Shown here: in pieces, positions 55,999-64,000 of the stretch
Numbering within the stretch: the first letter of the stretch is position 1
How the letters are laid out: each line of letters opens with the position of its first letter
Assembly: GCA_041891055.1 (NCBI GenBank)
Contig: CP169074.1
Location: 960,001-1,024,000, forward strand
Origin: Halorutilales archaeon Cl-col2-1
GTDB lineage: Archaea; Halobacteriota; Halobacteria; Halobacteriales; Afararchaeaceae
Length of the DNA: 64,000 nt
Reading direction: 5' to 3'
The notes under the pieces: generated by a model
Seen by the model: the letters and a program-made list of their open reading frames with translations, nothing else
The model's database searches: none
Told to the model about the DNA's origin: nothing
Made by a program: the position numbers and the translations under genes

Positions 55999-56679
55999 GG
56001 CTTTGGTGAATCGCCATACGCAGCTTGATTTACTGTTTTATGGCATGTTTGATGTTATAGACAGAGCAGATCAGGACGAGTTCACGAAACTCCCTGTACC
56101 AGGCACGCGCACGCACGGCTTCACGAAGCACAGCTTCGTTAGCTGAAAATCTTCGATTTTAAGCTGTGCCGAGCGTGCGCTTGATGTTTGAGAAGACGGT
56201 TTCAGACAGGATATTTGACCGTAGAGAGACCCATCGATTCTGGTGTCGCAAATCTGAGATTTGCGTACATCCAAAAATCAGAGATTTTTGAATATGCTGT
56301 GCACCTGATCGATGGGTCGGAACTCACGGTGTTTGGTGAGTGGTGCTTCTCGGTAGGATTTCTCCAAGTAAATCCGTAGACAGTGGAGAGAAACGATGGC
56401 GTGAATCCGCGAAGCCGCCACCCTGCTCTGGGGCGGCGACTTCGCTCCGACCACCGACATCATGAACTCCATTCATGAACCTCAAAGCTCCACTTTGAGA
56501 CAGCGTTTTTAGCTAATGTCAAGGCTCTATCAGTGAAGTGCTGTGAATCGAAGATTCACATGCGTTGGGACGCTTGCGTTCCAAAACGGGAGATTTTGGA
56601 CATGTCATCGAAAACTTCCCGCTTCATCTCCTTTGCATTAGTGGCTTAATCCAACGTAGTCTAGTGATTCACCAGAGCC
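55999..56679 (-). mobile_element. Internally deleted IS5-family element with four double-hairpin insertions
   Basis: TIRs GGCTTTGGTGAATC (55999-56012) / GATTCACCAGAGCC (56666-56679), 13/14 match; minus-strand transposase pieces MSKISR, LAKNAV, GGRSEVAAP, SLHCLRIYLEKSYRE, KHREFRPID, ETVFSNIKRTLG, AVRARAWYREFRELVL. Confidence 0.85.
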
Positions 56680-56747
56680 CTATCAATAGCTCTAGGAAGG
56701 ACATCTGCCCGGTTGTAAGTTGGAATTACAACACTGACCGTGACCAT
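56680..56747 (-). pseudogene. GT2 glycosyltransferase N-terminal stub cut by the IS5 relic
   Basis: MVTVSVVIPTYNRADVLPRAID runs directly into the TIR. Confidence 0.8.
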
Positions 56748-57209
56748 ATTAATTTTGAATTCAGTATCAGAGGACATGAAAATGTTGGTTCACTCATCGG
56801 CGTTCTAAGAAAAAAGATCAATCCCAAATACTCTCACATCTCCGAGGTCTAAGTGAGTACGAGTTTGAATTAACTATCATTGGGGACGGGGGACTTAAGC
56901 CGATCCTTAGACAAGAGTTTGAGAACCGGAATCTCTCTTCACACGTGAGTTTCAGAGGATTCGTGTCCAACGATCTACTCCCTGAAGTCTATGCGAGTCA
57001 TGACCTCTTTCTTTATCCGGGTATCTGGGACGAGCCGTTTGGCAGGGTCTTTATAGAGTCACTCGCAACAGGCACTCCCGTAGTCTCCACGGATATCGGT
57101 TCGACCGAAGAGATCTTAGGAGACGCTGGTGTTACGGTGGAGCCAGACGTCGACAGGTTAGCCGAGGCAGTTCACCTAATTGCGAGGCGGAGGCCACGTC
57201 CTCAAGGAG

Positions 57210-57343
57210 TCATTCGAGAATCGAAGATTCTCGTGATCGAGCGAATCAAGGATTTGCGAGTCTTCAGAAATCTTCGATTTCTGTGATGCAGAAAACTCTA
57301 AGAGTTTTCCAGCACAAGCGAATCGAAGATTCGCATACGCAGT
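57210..57343. repeat. Five triloop hairpins inside the IS left-end stem
   Basis: CGAGAATC-GAA-GATTCTCG, GCGAATC-AAG-GATTTGC, CAGAAATC-TTC-GATTTCTG, GAAAACTC-TAA-GAGTTTTC, GCGAATC-GAA-GATTCGC. Confidence 0.9.
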
Positions 57344-57451
57344 AGGGCGGGGAAGAGCCGACAACGCCGCAACCCAACACAGGCAATAGCATCCTGACTC
57401 CCGAACAAACCAAATTTTTATAAAAAAGATAGTTCAATATGTGAAATAGAG

Positions 57452-58762
57452 ATGGAGGTCATTCGCACGGTCAAGGTCAAACTCGACGTGCCTGACCAGC
57501 GACGGGACGACCTTCATCAGACCGCCGACCAGTTCCGCTACTGCGCCAATCAGACCAGTGAGTGGGCGTGGCGCGACTCCTCGGACGAATACTGCGTCAC
57601 CAGCAAAGCGAAAGCCGAAGACGCTCTCTACGACCGTCTTCGAGACGAAACCGACCTCACCGCCAATCTCGTCCAGAAAGGGATTCGGCGGGCTATTGAG
57701 GCAGTCAAAAGCGGTGTCGAAGCGTGGAAACGAGGTGACCGCACCAGCCAACCACACTTCGATGCGTGGAGCATCGTTTATGACAAGCGAAGCGCCACCT
57801 TCCACCGCGACCGTGTGTCCCTCTCGACCGTGGATGGACGAGTCGAATGCGAGTACGTCCTACCCGACAACACGGAGGGGACGCCGATTGGTGACTACCT
57901 ACTGAACAAGAACTTCGAGTTCCGAATGTCCACGCTCCAGTACGACCGCTTCGAGGACGAGTTCTACCTCCACGCCCGCATGAGACACACCCCAGAAAAT
58001 GGCGAAGAAGAGCGTTCAAGTTCGGACACGCACAGTGAGAACCCGACGGTTCTCGGCGTGGACTTGAACGTTGACGGCTACTTCGCCGTCACCAGCACGG
58101 GTGCGTTCATCGAATCAGCGGACTACCTCAACCACCGTCGGCGTGAGTTCGAGCAGACCCGTGGAAGCCTCCAAGAGACAGGCACACGGTCGGCGCATCT
58201 GACCATCCAGCAGATGAGCGACCGCGAACACCGCTGGATACAGGACGTACTCCACTCGGTTGCGAACGACATTCTCCGCGAAGCTCGTCGGGTGGACGCG
58301 ACTCATATCGCGTTCGAGAACCTGACGGGTATCCGTGACCGCATGGTGAACGCCAAGCGATTCCACGCGTGGGCGTTCCGCCAACTCTACGAGTACGTCG
58401 AGTACAAAGGTGAAGCCGAAGGCGTGACTGTCGAACAAGTGAGTCCTGCGTACACGAGTCAGCGGTGTTCGAAGTGCGGATGTACGCTGGAGGAGAATCG
58501 CCCGTCGAAACACGAGTTCTGCTGTCAGAAGTGCGGGTACGAACTCAACGCCGACTACAACGCGAGCAAGAACATCGCTCGCAAACTCGCCAAGGGTCTC
58601 CGCTCGGGGCAAAAGTCTCCGAGTGGAGGAGCCACCTATCAACTGGCTCTAACGTCGGGGACGCTGAACCTGAACGGCGATTTCCACGCCTCCGACCGTG
58701 TGTCGGCAGAAGGGGAGTCCACCGACAAACCCCATCGTGAACGAAAGTTCACGAGCCTCTGA
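57452..58762 (+). CDS. tnpB: TnpB RNA-guided endonuclease
   Basis: GVDLN, AFENL, NADYNA RuvC residues; CSKCG/CQKCG Zn finger. Confidence 0.95.
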   Translation: MEVIRTVKVKLDVPDQRRDDLHQTADQFRYCANQTSEWAWRDSSDEYCVTSKAKAEDALYDRLRDETDLTANLVQKGIRRAIEAVKSGVEAWKRGDRTSQPHFDAWSIVYDKRSATFHRDRVSLSTVDGRVECEYVLPDNTEGTPIGDYLLNKNFEFRMSTLQYDRFEDEFYLHARMRHTPENGEEERSSSDTHSENPTVLGVDLNVDGYFAVTSTGAFIESADYLNHRRREFEQTRGSLQETGTRSAHLTIQQMSDREHRWIQDVLHSVANDILREARRVDATHIAFENLTGIRDRMVNAKRFHAWAFRQLYEYVEYKGEAEGVTVEQVSPAYTSQRCSKCGCTLEENRPSKHEFCCQKCGYELNADYNASKNIARKLAKGLRSGQKSPSGGATYQLALTSGTLNLNGDFHASDRVSAEGESTDKPHRERKFTSL

Positions 58763-58937
58763 GGTTCCCTCAGAGACATCACAAATCGTAGATTTGCGAG
58801 CAGTCAGAAGCTCTGCTTCTGACGACACCCTCAACGAGCGTTCGGAAATCTCTGATTTCCGAGCCATCAAACTCGTAGAGTTTGAGACGTTCGCGAATCT
58901 TCGATTCGCGTGCCTGTAAATCAAAGATTTACAGACG
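58735..58937. repeat. Two blocks of four hairpins in the IS right end (omega-RNA region)
   Basis: 58735-58827 and 58841-58937, e.g. GTCAGAAGC-TCT-GCTTCTGAC, TCGGAAATC-TCT-GATTTCCGA, CGCGAATC-TTC-GATTCGCG, CTGTAAATC-AAA-GATTTACAG. Confidence 0.92.
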
Positions 58938-59126
58938 AGGTCGTCAGACCGAGCGAAGTAGGGTGGGGTAGTTGATTCGGTTATTACAGAAGATAGATTA
59001 CGCGAGCTTTCTGAGAATGCCCACGATGAAGTACAGCAGTATTCGTCTGATCGGGTTATTGGGGAGTTTGATAGTCTTTATAACGAAGTATTTCTGTATT
59101 GATCTTTCCAGTATACTCAATGCCAC

Positions 59127-60266
59127 TCATTTACAGTTCACTATAGATGAAATCATATCTCTAAGCACTGGAGATAAAGCATCATAACTATAGTTATCCT
59201 GACACCGTTTGCGAGCATCTTTACCTAGTTGTTTCCGTCTTGAGTCGTCTTTTTTAAGATGAATGATTGCATTTTTGATCTGTTCTGGTTCTTCAGGCGG
59301 GACAAGTTCACCAGTTTTACCTAATATTCGAGGAATATCTCCTACATTAGTGGCGATAATTGGCTTCGCCATTGCCATTCCGTCAAATAATTTCGCGGGA
59401 AGCTGTCCGACAGTTGATTGGTTTTCCCTCTGAGGTATTGCAATAGTATCCGCAGTAGCAATCCACTTAGGGAGTTCATCAAACGGCTTCATTCCCTCAA
59501 TAAGTATCGATTCACCCCCAAGTTTGCGGAGCCTATCAGTATACTTGGATTCCGATGCCCCAATTATCACAGCAAGAATCTCATCCTGATCTATCATTTT
59601 AACTGCCTTGGCAAGTTCTTCAACTCCTTTATGTGGACGCGGAGTTCCTGAAAACATAACAATAAATTTATCTAAGGGCAACCCGACTTCTTTTCGGATA
59701 TTATATTTATTGAATTTTTCAGGGTTAAATTTCTCAGTATCACGAGCGTGAGGTACAACTGTCCCACCAAATTGATTCCGTAGAAAATAGTTTGAGACAG
59801 TACGACCATCGGCAATTTTAGTTAATGATTCCAATACCCTAGTATAGTATATTGAACTAGTATTAATAAGACGAGGGATGCCTCTCAAATATGCCGTGGC
59901 TTGGCTATTACCACTATACTTAAATCCCGACTCCCAATCATCTATATCAACAATTAAAGGTAAATTGGATCCTATTCGTTTTAGTAAACTAATTCCATAG
60001 CTCGCCAGTCTTGGCTTTGAAGCATATACCACATCACCAGAGATTTTATTGAGTAATTCTCGGATATTAGGAAGAAAACCATATACTCGACGGGAAGATT
60101 CCACCTCTTTATAATCATACTTATCTCTTAATGGCTTCCAGATGGTATCTCGTAATTTTGGACCGACAATCTCAATATCATAATTTCTCTCTAAAAGCTG
60201 AGCTAGAACATAAGCCCTACCCAAACAGTTATGAGACAGATCCGGAGTCACAATGGAAACAAGCAT
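59127..60266 (-). CDS. GT4 glycosyltransferase (AT-rich)
   Basis: FSGTPRPHKG, PAKLFDGMAM. Confidence 0.88.
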   Translation of the reverse strand: MLVSIVTPDLSHNCLGRAYVLAQLLERNYDIEIVGPKLRDTIWKPLRDKYDYKEVESSRRVYGFLPNIRELLNKISGDVVYASKPRLASYGISLLKRIGSNLPLIVDIDDWESGFKYSGNSQATAYLRGIPRLINTSSIYYTRVLESLTKIADGRTVSNYFLRNQFGGTVVPHARDTEKFNPEKFNKYNIRKEVGLPLDKFIVMFSGTPRPHKGVEELAKAVKMIDQDEILAVIIGASESKYTDRLRKLGGESILIEGMKPFDELPKWIATADTIAIPQRENQSTVGQLPAKLFDGMAMAKPIIATNVGDIPRILGKTGELVPPEEPEQIKNAIIHLKKDDSRRKQLGKDARKRCQDNYSYDALSPVLRDMISSIVNCK

Positions 60267-60301
60267 TTTCTAGTTTATTATTAGATAGATATCTTCAGAC
60301 T

Positions 60302-60640
60302 TCAAGATTCCCCTATAGACACGATCCTCTCGAAGACCGAGATACCGAGTTTATCGTCTACTTTCTCCTCAACCCGTCTATCCGCTTCAGTAAAGCCGCG
60401 CAGGAGAATCAGTAATCCCGTGTAGACAACTACGACTGTAACCGGTAAAGTCACTCCGAGGAAGAGTCGCGTGTCGACAGCATCAGAGATGTAGATACCG
60501 AGTCCTAACGTCGGAATACCTGCGATCCAAGCTTTACCCAGACTCCAGCTGTAAGGATGGAGAGTCTTCAGGTGGTATATTTCGAGGACTCCTAGAAGTC
60601 CTGCGGTGCTTAAGGCAGTTGCAGTTCCGATGACGATCAC
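60302..60640 (-). pseudogene. C-terminal relic of a second flippase
   Basis: GTATALS...LHPYS...; hydrophobic, host-like composition, no proper N-terminus. Confidence 0.6.
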
Positions 60641-60662
60641 TAAGTAATAGAAAAAGTTAAAC

Positions 60663-62071
60663 TTATAAATTTTGAGCCATATTTATTGCATCTGTTCGTA
60701 TTCGACTTGATAAAAATAAGACGATGGTATAAACAATCACTCCGAGAGAAATAACCATACCTAGCTGAATAATGTTGTTAACTCCATAGATTAGTTTGAT
60801 CGGTATGAGAACCCCAGTCATAATTAAGGCAGAAGCCAGGCTCCAAAGTATCTTCTTCGTCTCAAATCGAATCTTGATAAACTGGGAAAGATAATGTGCA
60901 TGTAGAATACTATTAACAATAAAAGAAACTGCTGTTGCAACAGCCGCACCTACTAAACCAAATTCCCAGATGAAAAAGATATTTAGAACAAAATTAATAA
61001 CTATTGCAATAATACCCGATTTAGCCGCTAGATCAGGCCGATTAATAGCTTGGAGAGATCGACCTAAGATTATATGTACTGATTGAAGTAGTTTTTCACC
61101 CATTAAAATAATAAGAGCTATCCAAGCTATTGTATATTCCTCACCAAATACTAACCCCAATATCTCTTTAGAAAGAACCACAGTACCGAAAAAAGCTGGT
61201 ATTGATAATAATAGTGCTGGAGTCATTGCCTCTGGCAGAATATTTTCTATTTTTTTATAAGAGTCCTTTGAGTCCCACTTACTAACATGGGGGAAATAGA
61301 AGTAGCAATTGAACTGCTGAGTAGCATAACAATAGTTGTAACTCGCCATGCCATTTCATATGCACCAATATGGGATTGGCTAAGAAAGATGCCGAGTATA
61401 GCAACATCCATCCAGCTATAAAAATACCCACCAATTGAAGAGATAAAACTGTACTTAGAGTAATCAAATATAGAACGAGCTGATTTTATTGAAGGTTTTC
61501 CTAAAGGTATGGATTTCCGGTACCAAGCAAAAATAAATGTCACGGCCGAACCAAATAGTACCCCATATACCAACCCGTAATAGTCAAAGCCCAATAAAAC
61601 AAATACTGCTCCCGCTCCAACCCAAGTTAATTTTTTAGAGAACCGAATAATCGCAGTATCACCGACGCGTAACTCACCATTTAGAACTTTTAACATTAGC
61701 TTACCCATCTGTTGAAGAAATAACCCGATCATAATATACATAGCGACTTCTCCTCCAATATATGAATTCAGATAGTCTTGGAAAATAAGTATAATAGCGG
61801 ATATAACGGATATAGATATAATTAACATTAAGAGAGAGGTGGTGAAGACACTATCCGGATTTTTCCCCTCACTTATTCTTTTTTCTACTCCCCCCTGTAT
61901 ACCAAAACCAGCCGGTATACCTAGAAAAACCAAGACTGTTTGAAATAAAAAAAACACTCCCATCTGGGATGCGCCAAGCTCCCGAGCAAAATAAGTTATA
62001 CCAATAAACGAGATGACTGTAGTTGTGGCACGGGCTATAAATAGCTTCAAGCTTGAACGAGCAATACCCAT
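60663..62071 (-). pseudogene. Wzx/AglR-like flippase with a one-base frameshift near 61295
   Basis: Two overlapping ORFs join as TSI-FPHVS if one T is added (ATTTCCCCCAT to ATTTTCCCCCAT); may be a sequencing error. Confidence 0.8.
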
Positions 62072-62153
62072 TTATAATTTACCAGAGCTTCATATCACTA
62101 AACTCGTTTCATACGAGAAGATTAATTTATTTTGGTTGGTCTCGTCTAGTCCA

Positions 62154-62618
62154 ATGATACATGACGTGGAGAAACGCGATCTCCAAGTAAACGCCGACGA
62201 GAGGGGTCATCTCGTCGAGATATTCCGTGAGGACTGGGATCTATACGATCCAGACCCAGAGATGTCATACTACTCGATGACATATCCTGGTGTCATAAGG
62301 GCGTGGCACCGTCATAACCGAGGACAGATAGACCACTTCATATGTCCTAAAGGTAGGATTAAAGTCGCAATCTACGACGACCGTGAGGATTCGCCGACAA
62401 AGGGAGAACTCGATACCTTCGTAATAGGCGAACACAACCAGAAAGCAGTACGTATACCAGGAGACTGCTGGCATGGTTTCAAAGCGATAGGCGACGAGCC
62501 TGCTTTTCTGATCAACTTTCCCACCAATCTCTATGACTACGATGATCCCGACGAGGAGCGTCTACCCTACGACACAGACGAAATACCTTTGGACTGGGAG
62601 GAAGAACCTCACGGATAA
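62154..62618 (+). CDS. rmlC: dTDP-4-dehydrorhamnose 3,5-epimerase
   Basis: DERG, PGVIRAWHRH, DDREDSPT, WHGF; start ATG 62154. Confidence 0.9.
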   Translation: MIHDVEKRDLQVNADERGHLVEIFREDWDLYDPDPEMSYYSMTYPGVIRAWHRHNRGQIDHFICPKGRIKVAIYDDREDSPTKGELDTFVIGEHNQKAVRIPGDCWHGFKAIGDEPAFLINFPTNLYDYDDPDEERLPYDTDEIPLDWEEEPHG

Positions 62619-62621
62619 ATA

Positions 62622-63391
62622 ATGAACACGATTAAATTAGTCAAAAAAGCCCAACAAATTTTTCAAGAAGAAGGCTTACTTAGCCTTATATCAAGAACGA
62701 TTTATTTTATTTATGCTAGAACATTTCAAAATATTTCCCCTAGAAAGACAACTGAATACAACGGTCAGCAGGTGCGTAGTATTTATTTATTTGATAGATA
62801 TATTCCATTTGCTAAGGCGGATGGCGAACGCCCCAATTATGAATCTGGAATAGTTCAATCCATTAAGAATCACTCAAAGAATGGTGATGAAGTGATTATT
62901 GTTGGTGGAGGATGGGGAGTAACTGCTACAGTAGCGGCGAAGAATGTAGGTGAAGATGGGGATGTAATGGTTTATGAAGGATCAGCTAGTGAAATAGAGA
63001 AAATTAATGATACAACTAAACTAAATAATGTAGAAGATAGCGTAGCAGTTAAGCATGCTATTGTTGGTCCTCTTGTCAGCTTAAGAGGATCAGCGAACGG
63101 TGCTGAGAAAGTCGCCCCTCAAGAGCTACCTAATTGTGATATTCTTGAACTGGACTGTGAAGGGTCAGAAATAGATATATTAGAGAATATGACAATCACC
63201 CCGAGAGTTATTATTGTAGAATCTCATGGTATGAATGGATCAAGCTCGGATAATGTTGAATCCTTACTCCAAGAGTTATCTTATAAGTTGTATCAAAAGA
63301 AATAGCAGATAAAGGTTTGGAAGAGACCTGCAAGGAAAATGATATTTACGTCCTAACTGGTATCAGAAGCAACATAAAAACCGAAACATAA
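62622..63391 (+). CDS. FkbM-like methyltransferase (AT-rich), probable frameshift near 63285
   Basis: IVGGGWGVT, LELDCEGSE, IVESHG; ORF stops at 63305 but the shifted frame continues VVSKEIAD...CKENDIYVLTG to TAA 63391. Confidence 0.7.
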
Positions 63392-63400
63392 TTTAAAACT

Positions 63401-64000
63401 ATGAAAGGAGTCTTACTCTCAGGAGGCAAGGGCACGCGTCTCCGCCCCATCACACATACGGGACCCAAACAGCTCGTACCCGTGGCGAACAAGCCCGTAC
63501 TCGAATACGCTATAGAAGACTTCAAAGAAGCAGGTATAGACGAGATAGGCGTAATACTCGGAAACAAAGGACGTGAAGAGATACAGGAAGTCCTCGGCGA
63601 TGGCTCAGAATACGGAGTGGATATAACATATATCGTACAGGGTAATCCTCTCGGACTTGCCCACGCCGCAGGATGTGCTCGTGACTTCGTCGGTGACGAC
63701 GACTTCGTGATGTATCTCGGCGACAACATACTAAAGCAAGGTATAGTCGACCTAGTCGAGAGCTTCGAGGATGGGGACTACGACGCCGGTATAGCTCTCC
63801 AGGAGGTCGAGAATCCCGAGCAGTTCGGTATCGCCGACGTAAACCAGAACGACGAGGTAACAGAGCTTATAGAGAAACCCGACGATCCACCCACAAACCT
63901 CGCTCTTATCGGTATGTATGTCTTCTCGCCGAGGATCTTCGACGCCATAGAGAGTATAGAGCCGTCGTGGAGAGGAGAACTCGAAATTACCGACGCTATA
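63401..64000 (+). CDS. rmlA: Glucose-1-phosphate thymidylyltransferase, runs off the window edge
   Basis: Not in the ORF track; MKGVLLSGGKGTRLRPITHTGPKQLVPVANKP...MYLGDN...PSWRGELEITDA. Confidence 0.93.
   Translation, partial: MKGVLLSGGKGTRLRPITHTGPKQLVPVANKPVLEYAIEDFKEAGIDEIGVILGNKGREEIQEVLGDGSEYGVDITYIVQGNPLGLAHAAGCARDFVGDDDFVMYLGDNILKQGIVDLVESFEDGDYDAGIALQEVENPEQFGIADVNQNDEVTELIEKPDDPPTNLALIGMYVFSPRIFDAIESIEPSWRGELEITDAI

Larger units (their letters stand above)
57176..58976 (+). mobile_element. IS1341-type (tnpB-only) element
   Basis: Ends fixed to within about 1 nt by in-frame rejoining of the host gene; no TSD; left stem CCACGTCCT/AGGGCGGGG; right end AGGGTGGGGTAGTTGAT. Confidence 0.9.
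56822..59102 (+). pseudogene. 5'-truncated GT4 gene split by the tnpB-only element
   Basis: ...WDEPFGRVFIES...LAEAVH (to 57175) rejoins in frame to SVITEDRLRELSENA...LYNEVFLY* (58977-59102). Confidence 0.85.

Noticed and set aside
56071-56852. Short track ORFs (56071-56274, 56188-56379, 56278-56472, 56565-56852) as genes
   Set aside because: Explained as fragments of the IS5 transposase relic, hairpin inserts and the GT2 stub

Overview
64 kb of a halophilic archaeal (Halobacteria-type) chromosome: acidic proteins, rps8e/rps6e and agl-type genes. Frequent AGA/ATA codons suggest a deep-branching lineage, which is inference only. The left third (1-16.8 kb) is mostly core or metabolic: a globin-domain gene, a ferritin-like/DtxR pair, a sulfide-oxidation cluster (rhodanese-persulfide dioxygenase, HTH-sulfurtransferase fusion, SQR, repeat-expanded DUF1641), cobO and ribosomal proteins. 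A TA-IS605-TA patch follows (16.8-20.3 kb), then a cell-surface locus (20.4-31.8 kb: S-layer glycoprotein plus four secreted proteins), then a mosaic, partly decayed glycosylation island (32-64 kb) with TA modules and IS elements. Two signals stand out. (1) The four secreted, unanchored proteins next to the S-layer gene all end in the same duplicated dockerin-like WN module, while the membrane-anchored S-layer protein and two of the four carry a shared cohesin-sized beta domain. This suggests an S-layer-based docking/display system. (2) A family of about 45-50 nt double-triloop-hairpin micro-insertions occurs at 10 sites: in IS200/IS605 ends, the TnpB omega-RNA region, an IS5 transposase relic, and in frame in a glycosyltransferase gene. 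All family assignments are from motif recognition by eye, not database searches.
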